Of a stretch of 64,000 nucleotides of DNA, positions 54,210 to 64,000 are shown piece by piece (position 1 is the stretch's first letter; each line of letters opens with the position of its first letter). Both the position numbers and the translations under genes were made by a program. Under the pieces are notes generated by a model. The model was not told where the DNA came from and searched no databases. It was given only the letters and a program-made list of their open reading frames with translations. This DNA is from Ruminiclostridium sp. (lineage in GTDB: Bacteria; Bacillota; Clostridia; Acetivibrionales; DSM-1351). The DNA lies in NCBI GenBank assembly GCA_036507975.1, contig DATCID010000151.1, forward strand, positions 3,120-67,119, given 5' to 3'.

Positions 54210-55703
54210 TTATAAAGTTACCCCATCCTTAAATATGGCAATTTCTCTATACCCATTTTCCTCATTTTTCGTCTTGATGTCACCTGAAGCAACTTTCAAA
54301 ATAAAATTAAAAAAGTCATTTTTAACATCACTGATGTCATTCCCCTCAAGCAGTTGTCCTGCATTATAATCTATCCAGTTCTTCTTTTTGATATATAGGT
54401 CTGAGTTTGTAGAAATTTTGATGGTAGGAACCGGCGCTCCTAGAGGTGTTCCTCTTCCTGTAGTAAACAGTACGATATGAGCACCTGCTGCCATTAGTGC
54501 TGTAGCTGCAACTATATCATTGCCCGGTCCTTTCAACAGATTTAAGCCTGCAGTTGTTACCCTTTCACCATAATCCAAAACATCCACTACTTCACAGCTA
54601 CCGCCCTTCTGCGTGCATCCCAAAGACTTTTCTTCCAGGGTAGAAATACCGCCTTTTTTGTTTCCTGGTGAGGGGTTGTCATATATTTCCTGATTGTGCC
54701 TCATATAATACTCCTTGAAGTCATTGATCAGACTTACTGTCTTATCAAATATCTCTTCATTACTGCACCGGTTCATTAAAATAGTTTCAGCACCGAACAT
54801 TTCAGGTACCTCAGTCAATATAGTACTTCCCCCCTGTGCAATTAGCATATCTGAAAAAATACCTACTAACGGATTGGCTGTAATTCCTGAAAACGCATCC
54901 GAGCCACCACATTTTAATCCCACAATGAGTTTGGATGTGGAACATTCCTGCCTAGTAAATTTACTGGAATACTCCACCAACTCCTCTATCAGCTTTAGCC
55001 CTTCCTCAATTTCATCCTCTACTTCTTGAGTGACTAGGAATTTGACACGTTTTTCATTATAGTCCCCGAGAACTTTTTTGAATTCTGAAATATTGTTGTT
55101 TTCACAGCCCAAACCTAATACCAGTACCCCAGCCGCATTGGGGTGTTTCACCATATCTGCTAGTAGCCTTTGTGTAGTGATATGGTCGTCCCCCAGTTGT
55201 GAACAGCCATAGGGATGTGAAAATGCAAATATGCCTTCTGTATCCCCTGAGAACCTAATATTTGCCTCTTTTGCCAGTAGCTCTGAGGTTTTATTGATAC
55301 ATCCCACTGTATTGACAATCCATATCTCGTTTCGGATACCTACTTCTCCGTTCTCTCTAACATACCCATTAAACGTTGAGGGCGAAGTTGCCGGTTGACT
55401 TGCAAACTGGGGCACGTAGGTGTATTCTAGCAGTCCTTGTAAATTAGTCCTGATATTGTGTGTATGTATGAATTCTCCTGCACTGATAGACTTTATAGCA
55501 TGTCCAATGGGAAACCCGTACTTAATAATGTCATCTCCCTGAGCAATATCCTGAAAAGCTATTTTGTGACCTTTATCAATATCTTCTCTAGCTGAAATAG
55601 ATCTACCGTCAAACGTGATGGTTTCCCCTATTATAATATTTTCCAAAGCTATTGCTACATTATCCTTTTCGTTAATTTTGATCCATTTATCACTTTTAAC
55701 CAT
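54210..55703 (-). CDS. uxaA: Altronate dehydratase
   Basis: SAF domain (GHKIA); HPYGCSQLGDD, LGCE, KCGGSD and FTTGRG motifs. Confidence 0.95.
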   Translation of the reverse strand: MVKSDKWIKINEKDNVAIALENIIIGETITFDGRSISAREDIDKGHKIAFQDIAQGDDIIKYGFPIGHAIKSISAGEFIHTHNIRTNLQGLLEYTYVPQFASQPATSPSTFNGYVRENGEVGIRNEIWIVNTVGCINKTSELLAKEANIRFSGDTEGIFAFSHPYGCSQLGDDHITTQRLLADMVKHPNAAGVLVLGLGCENNNISEFKKVLGDYNEKRVKFLVTQEVEDEIEEGLKLIEELVEYSSKFTRQECSTSKLIVGLKCGGSDAFSGITANPLVGIFSDMLIAQGGSTILTEVPEMFGAETILMNRCSNEEIFDKTVSLINDFKEYYMRHNQEIYDNPSPGNKKGGISTLEEKSLGCTQKGGSCEVVDVLDYGERVTTAGLNLLKGPGNDIVAATALMAAGAHIVLFTTGRGTPLGAPVPTIKISTNSDLYIKKKNWIDYNAGQLLEGNDISDVKNDFFNFILKVASGDIKTKNEENGYREIAIFKDGVTL

Positions 55704-55742
55704 GCTAACCCCCTATTTTCGTCAATGGTACTATTTACATTC

Positions 55743-57260
55743 TTACAACACTTCCAGAATTGCAGTTGCCATACCGTCGTTGACAATTTTATAGAGATAC
55801 TCTGATACCTTTATAGAGAAACCCTGTATTTCATTCAAATCTTTACCCCAAAGCTCGGTTCTGGTCAATATTTCGAATACAAGCTTTTCAACAGCTGTTT
55901 TACTACCGTCAAAATTCTTCCATATCTTTGAGAACAATTCAAGCACCGACATATCATCGATAATATTATATTCATTTCCCGGCCTGCTCCCAACCAAAGC
56001 AGCTTCACGTATTTCAGTCCCCCTATAGAAAGCAATTAATGCCGACAGGGAAAAAGTCAAGGCCTTGGGAATTTCTCCTTTTCTCTTCACATATTCCAGT
56101 ATAGATGGAAGTACTCTTGTTTTAAATTTCGAGGTAGAATTCAATGAGATACTTAGCAAATAGTGCTTTATAAATGGGTTTGCAAACCTCTCACTGACAG
56201 CTGCAGCAAAGTCGGCAAGTTCCTTTTCCGGCAAGTCCAGTGTAGGAATAATTTCTTCATACAATCCCTTGTTCATAAAGGCGATGATCACCTTGTCATC
56301 CATACACTCCTTGACAGAATCCTTTCCATAAAGATAGGCTGCAAGTACTGTCATGGTATGTGCTCCATTCAATATCCTCACCTTTCTAGTTCTATAAGGG
56401 GTCATATCTTCTGTCCAAATCACATTTAAACCAGCCTGAGTAAGTGGTAATTCTTCAGAGAAACGTTTGTCTCCCTCGATGACCCATAAATGAAATATTT
56501 CGGCTGTATTGATTAGATTATCCTTATATCCAAGTTCTTCTGTCAGTTTCTGAACTTCATCCTTTGGATATCCTGTTACGATTCTATCTACAAGAGTATT
56601 AAGAAAATAATTAGATTTTTCAAGCCATGCTATGAACTCCTGTTCTAGTTTCCATTCCTGCGCAAATTGGAAAACAATTTTCTTAAGATTATCACCATTT
56701 CTATCAATCAGCTCACATGGAATAATAACAAAGCCCTTATTTTCATCCCCCTTGAAAGCCTTAAACCTCCTGTACAGCAAAACTGTCAGTTTGCCAGGAA
56801 AAGAAACGGGTGGTCTGTCATCTGGCCTGTCATCTGGATTATACGCTATCCCTGCCTCGGTAGTATTCGAAATAATAAACCTTAAATCGGGATTTTCTGC
56901 ACACTTTAAGTATGTTTCAAATTCAGTATAAAGATTAATTCCCCGACTGATGGCAGAATTTATGCTCTTTTCTTCCACAACCCGTCCATCTTGTATTCCT
57001 CTTAGGTATAACGAGTATAATCCATCTTGTCGATTAATTATATCCACCATGCCCTGTGCTATCGGCTGCACAACTACCACACTTCCGTTGAACAAACCCT
57101 CCTCATTCATTCTATTTACCATCCAATCCACAAATCCTCGCAGGAAATTACCCTCCCCAAACTGGAGCACTTTCTCTGGCAATTCCCTTATTTCAGAAAC
57201 CTTCACATCCTTTGGAAATTCAAAGCCACTCTCCAACAGGCTTGCATTCAATTCTTTCAT
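55743..57260 (-). CDS. uxaB: Tagaturonate reductase
   Basis: QFGEGNFLRGF, SNTTEAGI, PCELI, VDRIV and RKVRILNGAHT; start MKELN. Confidence 0.95.
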   Translation of the reverse strand: MKELNASLLESGFEFPKDVKVSEIRELPEKVLQFGEGNFLRGFVDWMVNRMNEEGLFNGSVVVVQPIAQGMVDIINRQDGLYSLYLRGIQDGRVVEEKSINSAISRGINLYTEFETYLKCAENPDLRFIISNTTEAGIAYNPDDRPDDRPPVSFPGKLTVLLYRRFKAFKGDENKGFVIIPCELIDRNGDNLKKIVFQFAQEWKLEQEFIAWLEKSNYFLNTLVDRIVTGYPKDEVQKLTEELGYKDNLINTAEIFHLWVIEGDKRFSEELPLTQAGLNVIWTEDMTPYRTRKVRILNGAHTMTVLAAYLYGKDSVKECMDDKVIIAFMNKGLYEEIIPTLDLPEKELADFAAAVSERFANPFIKHYLLSISLNSTSKFKTRVLPSILEYVKRKGEIPKALTFSLSALIAFYRGTEIREAALVGSRPGNEYNIIDDMSVLELFSKIWKNFDGSKTAVEKLVFEILTRTELWGKDLNEIQGFSIKVSEYLYKIVNDGMATAILEVL

Positions 57261-57291
57261 CGTTATTACCTCCATTTTATTAATTAGCACT

Positions 57292-57307
57292 ATGTAAGCG
57301 CTTACAT
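57292..57307. promoter_or_regulatory. LacI-family operator upstream of uxaB
   Basis: Perfect palindrome ATGTAAGCGCTTACAT. Confidence 0.8.
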
Positions 57308-57336
57308 TTACTGTGAATTTTTTTTGCGTTTACTTT

Positions 57337-58326
57337 TTATCCACTATCCCTAACAAACAACTTAGGTTTTATTATATTTTTATTTTGCACCTGTTCTCCA
57401 TTTATAACCTTACTGAAAATTTCTACAGCCCTCTTTCCCATCTCATCCATTCTGCTATCAATAGACGTAAGTGATGGATCACAGCATTGGGCAAGTATAG
57501 AATCATTGAAGCCGATGACTGAAACCTGATCTGGAACTTTAACTCCATACTTCTGCAAGGCCTTAATGGCACCGATAGCAGTTATATCCTCACCACACAC
57601 AACTGCATCAAATACTACCCCTTTTGTAAATGCCAGTTCAATTGCTTTATAGCCCCCGTCCAAGCCTTTTTCCACATTAAATATGGTATTTCCAGACACA
57701 TCCAGGCCGTTTTTGAGCATACCTGTTTGAAAACCTTTGAGCTTAGCAACAGCGCTGAAGGTGTCAGAGTCCTTCAGATATATAGGATTTTTTTTATTTT
57801 TTTGAGATAGATAATCTACCGCTTCCGACACCCCTACACTATCATCACAAATGACACAATATACATCTAGCGAGTCAACAAATCCATTGATCATCACCAC
57901 AGGAATTTTCGCAGCAACATCAGAAATTATTTCTTCCAAGTTGGTATCCTTAAAGACCGATCCTACAAGTATAATTCCATCAACCTTTTTTTGTTCTAGT
58001 GTCTTCAAATATCTAATTTTTTCCTTCTGATCATCCCCTGTATTACAAAGAATGACTGTGTATCCAAGATTTCTTAATTCCTGCTCCACCGTATATGCTA
58101 CATTTGCATAGTAAATATCCCGAATATCAATGGTCATAACGCCCACAGTACGCATGGAATTTACCACCAGTCCTCTTGCAATTTCATTCGGTTTATAATT
58201 ATATTTTTTCAGAACAACCTCAACCTTTTCTCTTGTCTTTTCACTGACAACAGACTTACAGTTGATTACCCTAGATATGGTTGCTATGGATACTCCTGCT
58301 TCCCGTGCCACATCATAAATATTAAT
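57337..58326 (-). CDS. LacI-family regulator of the uxa genes (apparent ATT start)
   Basis: (I/M)NIYDVAREAGVSIATISRVIN HTH; YKPNEIARGL hinge; VPDQVSVIGFND. Confidence 0.9.
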   Translation of the reverse strand: MNIYDVAREAGVSIATISRVINCKSVVSEKTREKVEVVLKKYNYKPNEIARGLVVNSMRTVGVMTIDIRDIYYANVAYTVEQELRNLGYTVILCNTGDDQKEKIRYLKTLEQKKVDGIILVGSVFKDTNLEEIISDVAAKIPVVMINGFVDSLDVYCVICDDSVGVSEAVDYLSQKNKKNPIYLKDSDTFSAVAKLKGFQTGMLKNGLDVSGNTIFNVEKGLDGGYKAIELAFTKGVVFDAVVCGEDITAIGAIKALQKYGVKVPDQVSVIGFNDSILAQCCDPSLTSIDSRMDEMGKRAVEIFSKVINGEQVQNKNIIKPKLFVRDSG

Positions 58327-58344
58327 TTTCTAACCACCTTTGTG

Positions 58345-58399
58345 TGTAAGCGCTTACATTTTATATTTTAATCATACTTTAAGTGTGTAAAAATGTCAA
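58345..58399 (-). promoter_or_regulatory. SigA promoter and second LacI operator (autoregulation)
   Basis: TTGACA-N17-TATGAT at 58399-58371; TGTAAGCGCTTACA at 58345-58358. Confidence 0.78.
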
Positions 58400-58467
58400 T
58401 ATTGATTATTTTTAAAATATTTCATTCCTATATCTTATGCCCACATTAAATAAAACACCATTTTAAA

Positions 58468-59955
58468 TTATTCAGAAAAGTTAGTATTATCGACTGTATT
58501 TTCTCTGTATGTCTTGAAATTATTAAACAGCAATTCACTTCCCTTTGCTGCTAAAACAAACATCAGGATGACAGCAAAATATCTATACCTAGTCTGTACT
58601 TCTATTAATATATGTACTCCAAAATAGCATAATAATAACATCGAAAGCAGCAATACCTCAGGCTTAACTCTCTTATTTAAAAATACCCTGCACAGTCCCA
58701 AAATCATTAGAATGAAAACTAAAAGGTAATATACTTTCTCTATTCTCAGAATGCCAAATTCAATTTTTTCAAATCCTTGTGGGAGTATCATTTTATCATC
58801 AATTTTCTGATAAAATTCCCATCGCAAGGTGTCAAGCTCAGCCCACATTATTCTCTGTTTTATATTTATTAAACTAGCTAATTTCGGAAGTCCTATAGAC
58901 AAACGTTCTTTAATTACCTGCATCGAGACATTATTTCTTTGAGTTGAATCCTGTATATAGAAAATTTTATCCTGGTCCTCATATGAGAACTGTCCCTTAG
59001 AGTCATTATTAAAGCCAATTACAAATTTCCATAGTGGATAGTTGTTTGAAAGTCCCTCCGGATTGACGTCAGTGCGTTTTACCATAGTTGCAATTCCAAA
59101 GTTCACAAGTAAATAGATACCCACCAGAAGGACAACCATACCTATTTTTGCGACTTTCTTATGTCGAATTAGCTCAACAATTCCCCACATCACTAAAGCA
59201 ATTATTATAACCAAACCCAAGGGTCTGACTGCATTTCCAACAGATAGAAGTACTCCTGCAAGTAAGACCTTAAGTATAAAGTTTAGTTTTTCAATAAAAA
59301 GTATATAGATTGCTGCTAAAAACATGCATGCTGCAAAATGCTGATTAGTTAAAACGGATGTCAGAAAATATGGAGCAGGATATATAAGATATAGTAGCGC
59401 CACAAACCTTGCTGTATAATCATTCGATACCTTCCTAGCTATTAGGTATATAAATGCATTTGTGCCTGCCATAAAGAAACAGTTTACAAGTTTCAGAGGA
59501 AGTAAGCCTGTTCCGAAAAACTTCATTATTGCTGAGTAATATATTATAGGTCCTGTTTGATACGCCCATGACTTAAAATAAAATGTATGCCCAAAGGACT
59601 TATCTCCATTTATCAGCTTAATTGCACACTGGTAGAAAGTATTGAAATCAGAAACAGGTTGTGTATCTACTAATGCAGCAAATATGCCTTTAGACAAAAA
59701 CGCTAAAACAAGAATTGTAATGGCGAAGGCTAAAGGCGAAATATTCATTTTGTAAGCAATTAAGAAAATAACTGCAAACACTGGGATTACAATAATTGCA
59801 TATATCAGTGCATTATATTGTACGGAGCACCAAAAGTTTAAATATAATAAATATATTGAAAATACAGCTAATATTAGAATAACCGTCTTGCTGAGAATAA
59901 CTCCAAATTTTGTATCACCATCTGTTTTATAAGAATTAACCATTATTCTCCTCAA
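58468..59955 (-). CDS. Polytopic membrane glycosyltransferase (GT-C/PMT-like)
   Basis: Many TM segments; PVSDF loop; EVQTRYRY near the C-terminus; coupled to a GT2 gene. Confidence 0.65.
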   Translation of the reverse strand: MRRIMVNSYKTDGDTKFGVILSKTVILILAVFSIYLLYLNFWCSVQYNALIYAIIVIPVFAVIFLIAYKMNISPLAFAITILVLAFLSKGIFAALVDTQPVSDFNTFYQCAIKLINGDKSFGHTFYFKSWAYQTGPIIYYSAIMKFFGTGLLPLKLVNCFFMAGTNAFIYLIARKVSNDYTARFVALLYLIYPAPYFLTSVLTNQHFAACMFLAAIYILFIEKLNFILKVLLAGVLLSVGNAVRPLGLVIIIALVMWGIVELIRHKKVAKIGMVVLLVGIYLLVNFGIATMVKRTDVNPEGLSNNYPLWKFVIGFNNDSKGQFSYEDQDKIFYIQDSTQRNNVSMQVIKERLSIGLPKLASLINIKQRIMWAELDTLRWEFYQKIDDKMILPQGFEKIEFGILRIEKVYYLLVFILMILGLCRVFLNKRVKPEVLLLSMLLLCYFGVHILIEVQTRYRYFAVILMFVLAAKGSELLFNNFKTYRENTVDNTNFSE

Positions 59956-60926
59956 GTATCCTGCTTAGTTTCCTTCACTTCATTGTTTCCCTCATCAAAC
60001 CCTACTAACTCCCCCACAATATAAAGCGGTCTTGCTTTTACTTCCTCATATATTCTTCCCACGTACTCTCCCATAATTCCAATAACAATAAGCATTACAC
60101 CATTAAAGAACAGTGAAACAGCCATTGAAGATGCCCATCCAGACGCAACATCATTCTTAATAAATTTTTGAATCAAAACTACAATGAGGTATATAAAACT
60201 AATAACTGAAACAAGCATACCTGCGAAGGTTGCAAGTTTCAAAGGCTTATACGAAAACGAAAATATACCATCACCTGCAAGCTTTATCATTTTCTTCAGT
60301 GGATACTTAGTTTCCCCTGCAAACCTCTTTTCACGTTTATACTCCACACTTGTCTGTTTAAATCCCACCCAGCTAACCAAACCCCTCACATATCTTGAGC
60401 GTTCAGGCAAGCATTTCATGGCATTGCAGACCTTTCTATCTATTAGCCTAAAATCTCCAACATCTACAGGCAGATTTACATCAGTCATGCTATCAAGAAA
60501 TCTATAGTACATTTTTGCAGTAAACTTTTTAAAAAAAGATTCACCTTCTCTTTGTGAACGCTTTCCAAATACAACCTCATAGCCCTCTTTCCACTTCTCA
60601 ACCATTTCTGGAATAACTTCTGGAGGATCTTGCAAGTCAGCGTCAATTATTACAACTGCATCGCCCTTTGCATAATCCATACCTGCAGTTATCGCTATCT
60701 GATGTCCGAAATTCCTCGCGAAATTGATAACGCGAACCCCAGAGTTATTCTTTGCAATTTCACTAAGTTTGAAGTATGTATTATCTTTACTTCCATCATT
60801 TATAAAAATGTATTCAACGTTCATAAAATAATCCTTGAATACTCCTGATAATCTTTTAAATGTTTCATCTATTACCTCCTGCTCATCGTAAACAGGAACA
60901 ACAATAGATAATAATTTTTTTATCAT
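59952..60926 (-). CDS. GT2 polyprenol-phosphate glycosyltransferase (GtrB/YkcC-like)
   Basis: SIVVPVY.E, INDGSKD, RNFGHQ.A, DADLQDPP and GDFRL; two C-terminal TMs. Confidence 0.92.
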   Translation of the reverse strand: MIKKLLSIVVPVYDEQEVIDETFKRLSGVFKDYFMNVEYIFINDGSKDNTYFKLSEIAKNNSGVRVINFARNFGHQIAITAGMDYAKGDAVVIIDADLQDPPEVIPEMVEKWKEGYEVVFGKRSQREGESFFKKFTAKMYYRFLDSMTDVNLPVDVGDFRLIDRKVCNAMKCLPERSRYVRGLVSWVGFKQTSVEYKREKRFAGETKYPLKKMIKLAGDGIFSFSYKPLKLATFAGMLVSVISFIYLIVVLIQKFIKNDVASGWASSMAVSLFFNGVMLIVIGIMGEYVGRIYEEVKARPLYIVGELVGFDEGNNEVKETKQDT

Positions 60927-61103
60927 ACCTTTATCTCCATTTCATCTTAATCTTCTTTACAAAAACAATTATAGCACATTTGTAATTATTAGCAATTTTG
61001 AAGGAAAATATTACAAATAGTTTAATTAAATGAATAAGGGAGTAAAAGTTTGCTAACGCAATCAATTACTCCCTTTTTAAAAGAACAAATTATAGCCGTA
61101 ATC

Positions 61104-63041
61104 TTACTTTGCCTTAGTTCTGATTTCTTCTAAGATTTTATCTACAAACTCCTGTACAGATACAGTTCCCAAATCTCCATCTTTTCTGGATCTAACAGCC
61201 ACTCCATTGCTTTCCATTTCCTTATCTCCTATTACCAACATGTAAGGTATCTTTTCCAGTTGTGCTTCTCTAATCTTGTAGCCTATCTTTTCGTTCCTAG
61301 TGTCAACTTCAACTCTTACCCCTCTATCCTTTAACATAGCTGCTACTTGATAAGCAAAATCATGGTGCTTGTCAACTAATGGAAGTATCTTTGCCTGAAC
61401 AGGACTGAGCCAGGTTGGAAATGCTCCTGCATACTTCTCAATAAGCATTGCAAGAGTTCTTTCATAACATCCTATCGATGTTCTATGAATAACAAAAGGG
61501 TGCTTCTTGTCATTGTTCTTGTCAACATAAACCATGTCCATACGCTCGGCAAGAGCAAAATCCACTTGTACAGTTATGATTGTATCTTCTTTTCCATGAA
61601 CATTTTTAGACTGAATGTCAAGCTTTGGACCGTAAAATGCAGCTTCTCCAACCACTTCTTTGTAATCTATCTTTAAATGGTCTAGGATAGTTCTCATCTT
61701 GTCCTGAACATCTTCCCAATCTTCTGCTTTTCCAATATATTTGTCCTTGTTGTTTGGATCCCATTTTGAAAATCTGTAGGTTACATCGTCCTGTATTCCT
61801 AGAGTCTCCATCATGAATTTAATCAAATCAACAACGCCCTTGAATTCGTCCTCTAACTGTTCTGGCGTACACACCAAATGACCCTCTGAAATAGTAAACT
61901 GGCGTACACGTATTAGTCCATGCATTTCTCCAGAAGCTTCATTTCTAAATAAAGTAGAAGTTTCGCCATATCTTATTGGCAAATCACGATAGCTGTGTAG
62001 TTTTGCTTTGTAAATCATGAATTGGAATGGGCAGGTCATTGGCCTTAGTGCCATTACCTCTTCATCCTTAGCCTCATCACCTAATATAAACATGCCATCT
62101 TTATAATGCTGCCAATGTCCAGAAAGCTTATAGAGGTCACTTTTTGCCAGCATAGGAGTCTTTGTAAGCAAATAGCCTCTTCTCTCCTCTTCATCCTCAA
62201 CAAATCTTTGCAATATCTGTATTATCTTTGCTCCCTTTGGCATTAGTAGCGGAAGCCCTTGGCCTATTTCTTCAACTGTTGTAAACAATTCTAATTCTCT
62301 GCCTAGTTTATTGTGGTCACGTTTTTTAGCTTCTTCAAGCTTAGTAATATATTCATCTAATTCGCTTCTCTTAGGAAATGCAGTACCATAAATTCTCTGG
62401 AGCATCTTGTTTTTCTCGCTACCTCTCCAATATGCGCCAGCTGAGCTCATTAGCTTGATTGCTTTAAGCTTTCCAGTTGAAGGCAGATGAGGTCCTGCAC
62501 AAAGGTCTACAGAATCACCTTGCTTATAGAAGGATAATACTTCACCTTCTGGTAGGTCTCGTATTAGCTCTACCTTGTAAGGCTCGCCTTTTTCCTCCAT
62601 GAACTTTATTGCCTCATCTCTAGGGAGAGTGAATCTCTCTAGTGTAAGATCCTCTTTAATAATCTTTTCCATTTCTTTCTCAATCTTCGCCAAATCCTCT
62701 GGCAAGAAATTCTTTTCTGTCTCAAAGTCATAGTAAAATCCGTTGTCTATGGCAGGACCTATAGCAAGCTTTACGTTCGGAAATAGTCTTTTAACTGCTT
62801 GTGATAAGACATGGGATGCTGTATGTCTGTATGCAAATCTTCCGCCCTCATCGGAAAATGTCAACAGGTTTAGCGTACAATCATTTTCCAGTTTGTAGCC
62901 TAAATCCTTTACCTTACCATCAACCTCTCCTGCAAGCGCCACTCTTGCTAATCCTGCGCTAATACTTTCAGCAACTTCTTTAACAGAAATACCCTTTTGA
63001 TATTCCTGTGTGCTACCGTCTTTTAACGTAATCTTTATCAT
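61104..63041 (-). CDS. thrS: Threonine--tRNA ligase
   Basis: TGS domain; DLCAGPH, GAYWRG, RDHNKLG, RPMTCP and AFYGPKLD motifs. Confidence 0.98.
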   Translation of the reverse strand: MIKITLKDGSTQEYQKGISVKEVAESISAGLARVALAGEVDGKVKDLGYKLENDCTLNLLTFSDEGGRFAYRHTASHVLSQAVKRLFPNVKLAIGPAIDNGFYYDFETEKNFLPEDLAKIEKEMEKIIKEDLTLERFTLPRDEAIKFMEEKGEPYKVELIRDLPEGEVLSFYKQGDSVDLCAGPHLPSTGKLKAIKLMSSAGAYWRGSEKNKMLQRIYGTAFPKRSELDEYITKLEEAKKRDHNKLGRELELFTTVEEIGQGLPLLMPKGAKIIQILQRFVEDEEERRGYLLTKTPMLAKSDLYKLSGHWQHYKDGMFILGDEAKDEEVMALRPMTCPFQFMIYKAKLHSYRDLPIRYGETSTLFRNEASGEMHGLIRVRQFTISEGHLVCTPEQLEDEFKGVVDLIKFMMETLGIQDDVTYRFSKWDPNNKDKYIGKAEDWEDVQDKMRTILDHLKIDYKEVVGEAAFYGPKLDIQSKNVHGKEDTIITVQVDFALAERMDMVYVDKNNDKKHPFVIHRTSIGCYERTLAMLIEKYAGAFPTWLSPVQAKILPLVDKHHDFAYQVAAMLKDRGVRVEVDTRNEKIGYKIREAQLEKIPYMLVIGDKEMESNGVAVRSRKDGDLGTVSVQEFVDKILEEIRTKAK

Positions 63042-63143
63042 CTCAATACCTCCATTTTTTTGGGGATTCTTCTATGGATATTCACAGAAGAATCTGTTCT
63101 AATAACCTTCTATGTTGTTTGAATCCACAAAATAAATCAAAAT

Positions 63144-63350
63144 AAAAAACTCCCGTCCTATATATAAGGACGAGAGTCATTCTCGCGGTTCCACCCTACT
63201 TGCTACTCATTGCGCGCGTGCGCTGATTATAACGTAATCACCGATATGGCTCAGAGGTGGTCTTCAGTAAAGTGTGGGTTTGGATACTTTCAGCTAGAAT
63301 ATCCAATCTCTAAAACCCTGAATTTTACGTACTCTTCTCATCAACGCCCT
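63144..63350 (-). ncRNA. T-box riboswitch (Thr)
   Basis: AGAGA/GCTGAAA stem I motifs; specifier GAAG-ACC; T-box AGGGTGGAACCGCG; terminator CTCTCGTCCT..AGGACGGGAG-T6. Confidence 0.92.
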
Positions 63351-63476
63351 TGTCAATATTTATAACATCATTTTTAAAATATCTATACTTTATTATATTC
63401 TTACAAATTTTATGTGTCAATACTTCTGACATATGTAATAAACTATTTATTTGCTCTAATTGATTTTAATAGTATA

Positions 63477-63680
63477 CTACCTTTGCAGATTTTTAACTTC
63501 ATTCGAAATATTTTTAGCAGTTTTATGAATATCCTGTTTAATTTCATGGCCACCGTCCTTAATGTCCTTTATTACACCTTCCGTTTTTCTATGAATCTCT
63601 TTGATGGCATTACTTGCTTTCTGTGCAGCATCAGCCGAGGAATCCTTCACCGCCTCTGCAGTTTTGCAGCTACTTTTGAA
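63477..63680 (-). pseudogene. 5'-truncated YtxH-like gene
   Basis: KTAEAVKDSSADAAQKAS...KTEGVIKDIKDGGHEIKQDIHKTAKNISNE resembles the C-terminal half of clostridial YtxH-like proteins. The N-terminal LAPKSG motif is absent and there is an in-frame TAA upstream. Confidence 0.5.
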
Positions 63681-63806
63681 TTAAAATAGCCTATGACCAT
63701 TGATTCTGCTAGGGTTCTTTCTCACATTTGGATATATCACTTCTCCCAATTCTCTGGAATATTCTTTTATATCCAGAAAATCAGAAGAGTCGCGCATAAC
63801 ACATAT

Positions 63807-64000
63807 CCTAACTTGAGAAAGAACCTCTGCTAGTGGTTCCGGGCTATTTTTATTTAGTATTTTAGTCATATTTGTATGGCGTATTGGCTCGTATTGTGAT
63901 ATAATATAGATATATGTTGTAAAGGATGGTGTTGTGGATGTATCTTAAAAAAACTCCTCAAAAGTCTGGAAGAATTTACGTATCTATTGTCGATAGTTAT
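63807..64000 (+). mobile_element. Left end and transposase start of an IS1634-like element (runs off the window end)
   Basis: Putative end CCTAACTTGAGAAAG; extended -10 TGATATAAT; ATG 63938 gives MYLKKTPQKSGRIYVSIVDSY, similar to IS1634 transposase N-termini. Only 21 codons are visible. Confidence 0.6.

Noticed and set aside
63683-63850. Possible 6S RNA
   Set aside because: Rod-like and of similar size, but I see no recognisable 6S features; the arms are better explained as IS ends.
63414-63869. ORFs 63414-63689(+) and 63681-63869(-)
   Set aside because: The first is antisense to the ytxH-like remnant; the second spans IS-end palindromes and has no clear SD.

Overview
Low-GC Firmicute chromosomal window; gene content and order are consistent with a spore-forming Clostridia member, probably Ruminiclostridium-like (inference). 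It is mostly housekeeping: aconitase and Re-citrate synthase, a ppk1-DUF421-ppx-ppk1 block, an MCP, SPFH/Arc, HcpR-like Crp, mtnN, cwlJ/gerQ-like genes, two tRNAs, rph-rdgB, gerM, an amidase, ruvCAB-queH, argGH, glgA, queG-like/cobO, rng-rplU-prp-rpmA-obg-yhbY, dinB, rpmI-rplT, thyA-folA, lacI-uxaBAC, a GT2/GT-C pair and thrS with a T-box. An intact IS30 and the start of an IS1634-like element are also present. The most unusual signals are non-coding. (1) An ~85-bp dispersed element occurs 6 times, always in the same orientation just upstream of a start codon. Its 3' end supplies the Shine-Dalgarno sequence and its 5' end is complementary to it, with covarying internal hairpins. (2) infC is reduced to a ~25-codon remnant between an intact L20 leader and rpmI. 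(3) A second family of ~120-130-bp palindromic repeats has 4 copies. (4) A LacI gene appears to start at AUU. All calls come from reading the sequence by eye; no searches were run.
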